Shown here: in pieces, positions 25,727 to 33,040 of the stretch
Position numbering within the stretch: position 1 is the first letter of the stretch
Layout of the letters: each line of letters begins with the position of its first letter
Origin: Gaiellaceae bacterium
Lineage (GTDB): Bacteria > Actinomycetota > Thermoleophilia > Gaiellales > Gaiellaceae
DNA length: 34,225 nucleotides
Assembly (NCBI GenBank): GCA_035640195.1
Contig: DASQWP010000322.1
Location: forward strand, 1-34,225
Direction of reading: 5' to 3'
The notes under the pieces: model-generated
The model's database searches: none
The model's input: only the letters and a program-made list of their open reading frames with translations
What the model was told of the DNA's origin: nothing
Made by a program: the position numbers and the translations under genes

Positions 25727-26421
25727 ACCGTCACCGTCTCGCCCGGCTCGGGCGCGACGACTTCGACGTCGGGAGCGAGCCGTCGCAGCTCGTCCGGCGA
25801 GCCCACGAGCAGGGGAAACGTCCCGTAGTGGCAGGGGATGCAGCGGCGGACGCCCAGGAGCTCGAGGGCGACGGAAGCCTCCTTCGGGCCCATCGTGTAG
25901 TGGTCGCCGATCGGCAGGATGGCGACGTCGGGCTCGTAGATCCGTCCGATCAGCTGCATGTCGCCGAACACGCAGGTGTCGCCGGCGAAGTAGAGCTTCG
26001 TGCCGTTCTCCGCCTCGAGAACGAGACCGGCCGCCTCGCCCGCGTACGTCCCGTCGGGACAGCTGCTCGAGTGCTTGGCGTCCGTGAGCGTGATCTTGAG
26101 GCCGTCCCATTCGACGGTGCCGCCCTTGTTGGGGCCCTCGGGGACGGTCGGGTGCTCGGGTGTCCCCTGCCCCGCGAGCCAGCCGCGCAGCTCCACGAGG
26201 GCGATCACGGGACATTCGAATCGCTTCGCAAGGTCGACGGTCTCCCCCACGTGGTCGTCGTGCCCGTGGGTGAGGGCGACGAGGTCGACGCGCTCCGGCT
26301 CCTTCTCGCTGTCCGGGCACTTCGGGTTCCCGAGCCAGGGATCGACGTAGACGCGCTTTCCTCCCGGAGTGTCGACCCGGAAGGCCGCGTGCCCGAGCCA
26401 GGTGACGTACGTCTCCGGCAT
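25723..26421 (-). CDS. UPF0173-type metal-dependent hydrolase (metallo-beta-lactamase fold)
   Basis: This is the 3' 699 nt of track ORF 25723..26709. ATG 26421 is preceded by GGAAAGGAGG. Contains WLGHAAFRV, ALTHGHDDHVG, AGDT and PCHYGTFP. Confidence 0.85.
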   Translation of the reverse strand: MPETYVTWLGHAAFRVDTPGGKRVYVDPWLGNPKCPDSEKEPERVDLVALTHGHDDHVGETVDLAKRFECPVIALVELRGWLAGQGTPEHPTVPEGPNKGGTVEWDGLKITLTDAKHSSSCPDGTYAGEAAGLVLEAENGTKLYFAGDTCVFGDMQLIGRIYEPDVAILPIGDHYTMGPKEASVALELLGVRRCIPCHYGTFPLLVGSPDELRRLAPDVEVVAPEPGETVTV

Positions 26422-26490
26422 GAGCCTCCTTTCCTCGCAGGGCGGCCAGCGTAACGCAGGAACGTCCGGCCCGGCGCCGAATCTGGAGGC

Positions 26491-26886
26491 GTGTGGGAGA
26501 AGCGGACAGGCGCGAGCGCCATGGCCGTCGAGCTCGCAGCCGGCCTCCTGCTCGCCACCGCCGTCTCCGACGCGCTCGGGCTCGCGGGCGTCTCCTTCTA
26601 CCTCCTCGTGATCGGCGTCCCGCTGACCGCCGTCGCGGGCCTGGTTTGCTTCGGCCGGGTGGTCGATGCCGTGAACGGCGGCCGCGGAGACGTGCTCGGG
26701 CGCCTGCAAGCGCTGTTCTCTGCGCTCCTCGTCGGCTCCGTCGTGATCGGGGCGGCGGTCCGCGAGTCGGCCGTTCCCGAAGGGATCGTGCCGCCGGAGG
26801 CGACGGCCCTACTGGCGCTCGGGTTCGGCGTCCTGATCGTCCAGGCGCTGATCGCCCTCGTGCCCGTCAGGCGCGAGCGCTCGTAG
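26491..26886 (+). CDS. hypothetical small membrane protein (about 4 TM)
   Basis: Track ORF with hydrophobic segments throughout. The start is uncertain: GTG 26491 or ATG 26521. Its 3' end overlaps the cyclase gene by 78 nt. Confidence 0.45.
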   Translation: MWEKRTGASAMAVELAAGLLLATAVSDALGLAGVSFYLLVIGVPLTAVAGLVCFGRVVDAVNGGRGDVLGRLQALFSALLVGSVVIGAAVRESAVPEGIVPPEATALLALGFGVLIVQALIALVPVRRERS

Positions 26887-28218
26887 GACGTACGCGCGCA
26901 CCGGCCGCTCCTTGCCCTTCACCGGGAGGTCGCCGAGGTCGTCCACCTCGGCCCGGCTGCCGAGCGCCGTGCAGGTCGCCTCGCCGATCACGACCTCCCC
27001 AGCCCGCGCCTTGCCCTCCAGGCGCGCTCCCACGTTGACCGTGTCTCCGGTCGGGGTGAACGTGCGGGCACCCGGCGCCTCGACGATGCCGACATGGGCG
27101 TGGCCCGAGTTGACGCCGACTCGGAAACGCGGCCACTCCGGACGGCGGCGGGCGACCGTTTCGGCGGCCGCTTGGAACGCGAGCCCTGCCCGCGCGGCGC
27201 GCTCCTCGTGTCCGGCCTCGCGGAAGACGGCCATGACCGCGTCGCCCACCGTCTGCACGACCGCGCCCCCGTTGGCCTCGATCGCCGGAACGACGGCGGC
27301 GAAGTACTCGTTCAGCATCGCGCGCACGTCCGGCTCGGGCGTTCGCTCGGCAAAGCTCGTGTATCCCTGGAGATCGGCGAAGAGGACGCTCAGGTGCTCT
27401 CGGTGGCCGAGCGTGCGCTCCTCGTAGAGGTCGCGGAAGATCTCCGCCGTCGATCCCTCCGCTTTCCACTCCGTCCAGGCGGCACGCGCCGCGAGCGCGA
27501 AGGCGACGAGCATGAGGAGGTGCCACTCCCACCAGGTGAGGTGCCAGTTACGACCCAGCGCGACTGCGAACATCGCCTCCGCGAGAAGGACGTACGCGGT
27601 TACGATCGCGAGCAGGAGGGGAGCGCGGCGGCGCCGATACAGACGTCCGTAGCGGACGGCCGCGTAGCCGTAGAGCACGACGCCCACCAACGCCAGCGCG
27701 ATGAACGGGTCGCGGGCGCCTTCCGGCGTGACGGGATCCTCCAGGGGAGGCAGCGTGGCGAGCGAGAGAAGCGCCCAGACTCCCATGAGGAGCGCGAGTC
27801 CGAGATAGAGCACGTGCCGGCGGCGCACGAGCGCCCGAGAGCGCTCCGCCCCGAGATCGAGTGCGGAGCCGGCGGCGAAGACGCCCGCGAGCAGGAGGCC
27901 GACCGGGGAGGCGATCTGGAAGCCGGCGTTCGAGCCTGCGAGGAGCACGCCGGGAGTGGCGAGCGCATGGAGGGCGAGGAACCCCGAGGTCGCCAGGAAC
28001 GCGAGCGCGACGAGGAGGACGCGGGCGTCTCCCCGGCGGGCGGCCGCCTCGGCGAGGAGGAGGCCCAGCCCGAAGGTGACCACTCCGGCGGCGACGACGA
28101 GCCAGAAGTGGGACGGGTGGTGCTCCCAGTGGAGGTCGAGGCTCGGTGCGGCGAGGAGGAGCACGAGCCCCGCGATCGGCAGGGTCACGAAGGAAATCCA
28201 GGCGGCCGGCCGGCTCAC
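26809..28218 (-). CDS. membrane-anchored class III adenylate/guanylate cyclase
   Basis: The N-terminal about 245 aa are polytopic. The catalytic domain reads LSVLFADLQGYTSF...VVQTVGDAVMAVF...FTPTGDTVNVGARLE. GTG start at 28218. Confidence 0.9.
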   Translation of the reverse strand: MSRPAAWISFVTLPIAGLVLLLAAPSLDLHWEHHPSHFWLVVAAGVVTFGLGLLLAEAAARRGDARVLLVALAFLATSGFLALHALATPGVLLAGSNAGFQIASPVGLLLAGVFAAGSALDLGAERSRALVRRRHVLYLGLALLMGVWALLSLATLPPLEDPVTPEGARDPFIALALVGVVLYGYAAVRYGRLYRRRRAPLLLAIVTAYVLLAEAMFAVALGRNWHLTWWEWHLLMLVAFALAARAAWTEWKAEGSTAEIFRDLYEERTLGHREHLSVLFADLQGYTSFAERTPEPDVRAMLNEYFAAVVPAIEANGGAVVQTVGDAVMAVFREAGHEERAARAGLAFQAAAETVARRRPEWPRFRVGVNSGHAHVGIVEAPGARTFTPTGDTVNVGARLEGKARAGEVVIGEATCTALGSRAEVDDLGDLPVKGKERPVRAYVLRALAPDGHEGDQRLDDQDAEPERQ

Positions 28219-28241
28219 AGGCCGGCCTTCGGCCTGTGAGC
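28213..28241. repeat. 11-bp stem hairpin/palindrome GCTCACAGGCC-GGCCTTC-GGCCTGTGAGC containing the GTG start of the cyclase gene
   Basis: Read directly from the sequence. It is homologous to 11067..11092. Confidence 0.85.
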
Positions 28242-28255
28242 CTGTGGAGGGGGTA

Positions 28256-28279
28256 AGGGGGAACCGGGAGGTTCCCCCT
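28256..28279. repeat. 10-bp stem hairpin AGGGGGAACC-GGGA-GGTTCCCCCT
   Basis: Read directly from the sequence, in the intergenic region. Confidence 0.8.
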
Positions 28280-28296
28280 CTGGGTCGAAGGGGGCG

Positions 28297-28323
28297 CGTG
28301 GGGGAAACATGGTTTCCCCCACG
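28297..28323. repeat. 12-bp stem hairpin CGTGGGGGAAAC-ATG-GTTTCCCCCACG
   Basis: Read directly from the sequence. It is related to the preceding hairpin (G5AAC / GTTC5 arms about 43 nt apart). Confidence 0.8.
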
Positions 28324-28351
28324 GGAGCGAGCCGAAGGCGAGGGACGCTCA
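28323..28351. repeat. 29-nt exact repeat copy B, GGGAGCGAGCCGAAGGCGAGGGACGCTCA (includes the TGA of the 28349..29806 gene)
   Basis: Identical 29/29 to 11096..11124. Confidence 0.95.
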
Positions 28352-29806
28352 CAGAAGGGCTCCGAGCTCTCGCTCGTAGTCGGGGCCCCGGAAGTCGTTC
28401 AGGTGGTGAGGGGCCAGGAGCCGCTCGGTGACCTCGCCGTTTCGTCTCAGGTACACGGCCGGGTAGACGTCGCCGGCGGCGTTCGCCTCGACGGCGACCG
28501 CGGCGCCGTCCGGGCCGTCGACGTCCAGGAAGTGCGAGAGCGGAACGACGTCGCTCGTCCCGTCTGTGTCCACGACCCGGGCCAGGTAGGACTTCTGAGC
28601 CCAGAGCTCGGGCGCGCGGGTCAGCTCCTCGAGCAGGTACGGGCCGAGCTGCTCGCGCTCCACCCGCGCGCGCGGAACCTGGAGGCCGAAGTGCGTCTCG
28701 GCCAGCTGACGGGCCATGACCCGTGCGTTGTAGCGAAAGCCGTGCACGGCGGCCGACGAGGAGCCGACGCCGTGCTTCCTCAGTCCGGGCGCTCCCTGCG
28801 TGGCGTTGCCCGCGAAGTAGATCCCCGAGCCGGGCTCGCTCTCCCAGAACGCGGTCAGCGCCGGGATGCGGCCCTGCGCCACCGTGCGAACGCCGAGCTG
28901 CGGCAGGTCGCCGAGCGGCGTCGAGAACCCCGTGGCTGCGATCACCTCGTCGACCTCGATCTCGAAGCGGCCGTCCCACGTCGTGCCGCTGCCCGAGACG
29001 CGCCACCCAGAGCCCGCCCGCTCGATCCGCTCGAGGGCCACGTCGAGCGCGAACGTGCCGCCGCCGAGGCCGGCGTCCTCGTACGGCTGTAGGTATCGTA
29101 CGCGGACCGAAGCGAGCGCGATCACGGCCGTCTCGACGGGGCGCGGGGAGCCCAGGACCACCTGGCGCGCCCAGGGGAGAAGCCCGTCGGCGAGCTCGAA
29201 GCCGGAATTCCGCTTGCCGACGACGAAGACGCGCTTGCCCTCGTACTCGTGTGGCCGCCGCGCCTCCGCGTAATGAGGCACGTCCTCGATGCCCGGGATC
29301 GCGGACTTCCAGGGTGTCGTGACCCCGAGCGCGAAGACGGCGGCGCGGCAGCGGTATGCGCCGTCGCTCGTCAGGAGCGTCAGGCGGCCGTCGTCCTCGC
29401 GGCGGGTCGCTTCCCAGCGGCAGCCGTGGCGCACGCGGGCGCCGGTGCGTTCGGCGAAGGCCGCGAGGCCACGTTCCATCTCCTCTCGCGAGGGAACCAT
29501 GAGCGTCCTGTCCATCAGCTGCGGCACGAGCGCCTGGTGCTCGGCCTCCTCGGCGAGGAGGCTGTTGTGGTCGTACCACTCGTACTCGCGCGTGCCGGGC
29601 TGGGCGGTCGCGTCGGGCTTCGACCACGAGAGCAGCCGCTGGTAGATCGGCGCCCACCGGAACATCCCTGCGGGCTCTTCGTCCGCCGAGAGCACGGCGT
29701 GCTCGACGCCGAGGCGGGAGAGGCAGTAGCTTGCCTGAAGGCCGCCGGGTCCGCTCCCGACGACGACGACTGGATAGTCGCCGGGCGGGAAGGGAGCGTC
29801 CGTCAC
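28349..29806 (-). CDS. FAD/NAD(P)-binding oxidoreductase, flavin monooxygenase-like, with an unassigned C-terminal region of about 120 aa
   Basis: Two dinucleotide motifs are present, VVVVGSGPGG and VFVVGKRNSG, plus ATGF. GTG 29806 overlaps the upstream TGA (GTGA). Confidence 0.8.
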   Translation of the reverse strand: MTDAPFPPGDYPVVVVGSGPGGLQASYCLSRLGVEHAVLSADEEPAGMFRWAPIYQRLLSWSKPDATAQPGTREYEWYDHNSLLAEEAEHQALVPQLMDRTLMVPSREEMERGLAAFAERTGARVRHGCRWEATRREDDGRLTLLTSDGAYRCRAAVFALGVTTPWKSAIPGIEDVPHYAEARRPHEYEGKRVFVVGKRNSGFELADGLLPWARQVVLGSPRPVETAVIALASVRVRYLQPYEDAGLGGGTFALDVALERIERAGSGWRVSGSGTTWDGRFEIEVDEVIAATGFSTPLGDLPQLGVRTVAQGRIPALTAFWESEPGSGIYFAGNATQGAPGLRKHGVGSSSAAVHGFRYNARVMARQLAETHFGLQVPRARVEREQLGPYLLEELTRAPELWAQKSYLARVVDTDGTSDVVPLSHFLDVDGPDGAAVAVEANAAGDVYPAVYLRRNGEVTERLLAPHHLNDFRGPDYERELGALL

Positions 29807-30216
29807 TCGAGCAGGTCTCGGAGGCGGCGAGTGACCGTCTGGAGCATCCGGTAGGTGACGCGGGGGTAGGCGAGCAGGAACTCTTCCAGCTTCGGCCCGG
29901 GAATCTCGAGACAGTGCAGAGGCGTGCGGGCGACCACGTCGGCCGTGGGTCGGCAGGCGAGCAGGGTCGAGACCTCGCCGAAGAAGTCCCCGCGGCGAAG
30001 CATTCGCGGCTCGAGGCCCTGGATCTCCACGGCAGCCTCGCCGTCGAGGATGACGTAGAAGCCCGCGCCGGAGAGGCCCCTGCGCAGGATCCGCTCGCCG
30101 GCGCCGAAGCTGCGCTCCCGCTCGGGGTCGGCGATCGCCTCGAGGTCGGGGTCGTCCAGGTCGGCGAAGAGGGCGAGCCCCGCGAGGCTCCTGACGAGTT
30201 CGTCCTGCGCGGCCAT
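29803..30216 (-). CDS. stand-alone cyclic-nucleotide-binding domain protein (137 aa, no output domain)
   Basis: This is the 3' 414 nt of track ORF 29803..30681, starting at ATG 30216. Contains LFADLDD...GAGFYVILDGEAAV and the phosphate-binding cassette GDFFGEVSTLLACRPTADVVA. Confidence 0.8.
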   Translation of the reverse strand: MAAQDELVRSLAGLALFADLDDPDLEAIADPERERSFGAGERILRRGLSGAGFYVILDGEAAVEIQGLEPRMLRRGDFFGEVSTLLACRPTADVVARTPLHCLEIPGPKLEEFLLAYPRVTYRMLQTVTRRLRDLLE

Positions 30217-30230
30217 ACGTGGTGGAGAGA

Positions 30231-31559
30231 CTAGAGGTCCAGGTCGCGGGCCGCGAAGTAGATCGCCTCGGAGAACGTGGGGAAGGGCTGGATGGTGTCC
30301 CGCAGGACGTCGATCGCGACCTCCGCCCGGATCGCGAGCGTCAGCTGGCCGATCCACTCGCCGGCCTCCGGCCCGACTGCGGTCGCTCCGACGAGCACGC
30401 GCCGCTCGGGATCGGCGTAGAGCTTCAGCAGGCCCGGTCTCTTCGGGCGCATGAACGTCCCGGTGCGGGAGACGGACTCGAGCTTCCAGCGGGAGGCGAC
30501 CGCATCCTCGCCGCTCGTGTCGCCGACGGCGGCGACCTGCGGGTCGGTGAAGATGGTCGCCGGGACGGCGCGGTAGTCGGCTCGACGGTCCTGCCCGGCC
30601 ACGTTGGCCGCCGCTACCCGCCCCTGGTACTTGCCCACGTGGGTGAAGAGCGCGACTCCGGTCACGTCGCCTGCGGCCCACACTCCCGGCCCGGCGCTGA
30701 GCCGGTCGTCGACGACGATTCCGGTCCGCTCGATCGCCACCCCGAGGGCCTCGAGCCCGAGACCGTCCGCGTTCGGACGGCGTCCGGTCGCTACGAGTAG
30801 CCGCTCCGCCTCGATGGCCTCCCCGCCCTCGAGCTGGAGCCGGAAGCCGCCGTCCTTCTCGACCTTCGTCGCACGCGCGCCGAGGTGGAGCAGGACACCT
30901 TCCTGCCGCAGCGCGTCCGCGAGGATGTCGGCCGCCTCCGGATCGACCCGCGGTAGCAGGTGCTCTCCGTTCTGGACGAGCGTCACCTCGGAGCCGACGC
31001 GGCGGTAGAACTGGGCGAGCTCGCAGCCGACCGCACCGCCGCCGACGATGACCAGGCTCTTCGGCACCTCGCTCGTGCTCGTCCCCTCACGGCTCCCCCA
31101 GTGCTCGAGCGTGTCGAGGCCCTCGATCGGCGGCGCGATCGGTAGCGAGCCGGTCGAGATCATCAGGTCGTCGTACTCGAGCCCGCGCTCCCCCACGCGG
31201 ACGACCCCGGGTTCCGTGACCTCCGCGGTTCCGCGGACGAGCTCGGCGCCCTGCTTCTCGACCCACTCCGCCTGGCTCGCATCGTCCTTGCCGGCTTGCT
31301 CGTCCCGCCAGCGGAAGACCTCCGCGATGTCGACGCCGCCGAGTTGGCCTGCCACGCCCGGAGCCAGGCGGGCGCGGGCCAGCACCTCGAGCGGCCGCAG
31401 CAGCGTCTTCGAGGGGATGCAGGCCCAGTAGGAGCACTCCCCGCCCACGAGCTCGTGCTCGACGACGGTGATCTCCGCCTCGGCGTCGAGGCGGCGGAGC
31501 GCGGCCAGGAAGGCCTCCCCGGTGGCGCCCGCGCCCAAGACGACGACACGCTTCCCCAC
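30231..31559 (-). CDS. class I pyridine nucleotide-disulfide oxidoreductase (dihydrolipoamide dehydrogenase / mercuric reductase superfamily)
   Basis: Contains VVVLGAGATGE, the redox CxxxxC in GGECSYWACIPSK, a second GxGxxG (IVGGGAVGCE), and a dimerisation domain ending in PFPTFSEA. GTG 31559 overlaps the nuoN TAG by 1 nt. Confidence 0.85.
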   Translation of the reverse strand: MGKRVVVLGAGATGEAFLAALRRLDAEAEITVVEHELVGGECSYWACIPSKTLLRPLEVLARARLAPGVAGQLGGVDIAEVFRWRDEQAGKDDASQAEWVEKQGAELVRGTAEVTEPGVVRVGERGLEYDDLMISTGSLPIAPPIEGLDTLEHWGSREGTSTSEVPKSLVIVGGGAVGCELAQFYRRVGSEVTLVQNGEHLLPRVDPEAADILADALRQEGVLLHLGARATKVEKDGGFRLQLEGGEAIEAERLLVATGRRPNADGLGLEALGVAIERTGIVVDDRLSAGPGVWAAGDVTGVALFTHVGKYQGRVAAANVAGQDRRADYRAVPATIFTDPQVAAVGDTSGEDAVASRWKLESVSRTGTFMRPKRPGLLKLYADPERRVLVGATAVGPEAGEWIGQLTLAIRAEVAIDVLRDTIQPFPTFSEAIYFAARDLDL

Positions 31560-33040
31560 TAGCTGCCCGGGAAGCGAAGGAAGTCGACCGCCTCACGGGC
31601 GATGTCGACGAGCGGGTCGGCAGCTACGAGGCTCCCGACCGTGACCACCAGGGCGACGAAGACGCTTGCCTGGAGCGGCAGGTCGCGCGGCGGCGAGCCG
31701 CCCGCAGGCGCCGTGCGAAGCTCGGGCGGTTGCATGAACATCGCGCGCACGACCCCCAGGTAGTAGTAGATGGAGACGACCGTGGCCACCACGCCCACGA
31801 CCGCCAGCCAGGCCCAGCCACGCTCGACCGCCGCCGCGAACGCGTAGAACTTGCCGAGGAAGAGCCCGGCGGGCGGAAGTCCGATGAAGCCGAACATGAA
31901 GACCGCCATGGCGACGCCGAGAAACGGCCGCTCCCAGCCGAACCCGGCCAGGTTCCCCATCGTCACCGGCTGGAGGAGCTCACGCTCGCGGATCGCCACG
32001 ACGGCGAAGGCGCCGACGCTCATCGCCGAGTACGCGACCAGGTAGTAGAGGAGCGCCCGCCCCCCAAGCTCCGTCCCGACCGCCACCGGAATCAGCAGGA
32101 AGCCCGCGTGGGAGATGCTCGAGTAGGCGAGCATCCGCTTGACGTCGGTCTGGACGAGCGCGCCCAGGTTGCCCCAGGCGAGCGAGATGCAGGCGATGAC
32201 GGCGAGCGCGACGGTCCAGAGTCGCTCCTCGCTCGGAAACGCGGTCACCAGCAGGCGCAGCGTGAGGAGGAGGGCGGCCACCTTCGTCGCCGCCGCCATG
32301 AAGCCCGTGATCGGGGTCGGCGCGCCCTGGTACACGTCAGGCGTCCACATGTGGAAGGGCGCGGCCGACATCTTGAAGGCGAGCCCGACGAGGATCATGG
32401 CGAGCCCCATCGCGAAGAACAACGGCTCGGCCTCGCCCGCGCCCCGCGCGATCTCCTCGAAGCCGATCGCTCCCGTCGCCCCGTAGACGAAGGCGCTCCC
32501 GAAGAGGAGGATCGCCGAGCCGAAGCTCCCCACGATCAGGTACTTGAGACCCGCCTCGAGCGACGGGAGCCGCTCGATCGTGATCGCGGTCAGGATGTAC
32601 AGGCAGATCGAGAACCACTCGAGGCCGAGGAAGAGCGTCATCAGGTTGTTCGCCGCGACGAAGAAGGCCATGCCCGCGGCAGCCGTGAGCAAGAGGCCGT
32701 ACCACTCGCCGGCGCGCTCGTCCCGCTCTGGCTCGCGGAAGGAGACGCCGACGGTGAGGAGCCCCGCCGCCGCGACGAGGATCTGGCCCAGCTCGGCCAG
32801 GCGGTCGCGCCGGATCGCGTCGGCGACGACCCCACGGCCGCTCTCGTCGACGACGAAGAGCGCGACGGCGGCTGCCCCCGCTCCGACGAAGCACGCTGTG
32901 GCGACGACGGCGCAGAACGCGCGCCGAACGCGGAGCGGGAGGAACAGGCTCGCGACCAGGACGACCGCGGCGCCGCCGAGGAGGATGAGCTCGGGCGAGA
33001 GTGCAGCCCAGTCGATCCCCGGGTTTCTGAAGTCGATCAT
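31559..33040 (-). CDS. nuoN: NADH-quinone oxidoreductase subunit N
   Basis: This is the 3' 1482 nt of track ORF 31559..34183, starting at ATG 33040 (MIDFRNPGIDW). Contains GLEWFSICLY, FKMSAAPFHMWTPDVYQGAPTP and MLAYSSISHAGF. The start overlaps the nuoM stop (ATGA). Confidence 0.9.
   Translation of the reverse strand: MIDFRNPGIDWAALSPELILLGGAAVVLVASLFLPLRVRRAFCAVVATACFVGAGAAAVALFVVDESGRGVVADAIRRDRLAELGQILVAAAGLLTVGVSFREPERDERAGEWYGLLLTAAAGMAFFVAANNLMTLFLGLEWFSICLYILTAITIERLPSLEAGLKYLIVGSFGSAILLFGSAFVYGATGAIGFEEIARGAGEAEPLFFAMGLAMILVGLAFKMSAAPFHMWTPDVYQGAPTPITGFMAAATKVAALLLTLRLLVTAFPSEERLWTVALAVIACISLAWGNLGALVQTDVKRMLAYSSISHAGFLLIPVAVGTELGGRALLYYLVAYSAMSVGAFAVVAIRERELLQPVTMGNLAGFGWERPFLGVAMAVFMFGFIGLPPAGLFLGKFYAFAAAVERGWAWLAVVGVVATVVSIYYYLGVVRAMFMQPPELRTAPAGGSPPRDLPLQASVFVALVVTVGSLVAADPLVDIAREAVDFLRFPGS

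Noticed and set aside
28256-28323. The G5AAC / GTTTC5 units, spaced about 43 nt apart, superficially resemble CRISPR repeats with a palindromic core.
   Set aside because: There are only two units. They pair with their own neighbouring arms to form hairpins, nothing spacer-like separates them, and no cas genes lie in the window.
26809-30216. A cyclase plus a cNMP-binding protein could be a Pycsar/CBASS-like anti-phage signalling pair.
   Set aside because: The cyclase is a large polytopic class III sensor-type enzyme. The cNMP-binding protein has no TM, TIR or nuclease effector part. The genes are separated by a flavoprotein gene and embedded in a respiratory/housekeeping context with no mobile-element signatures.
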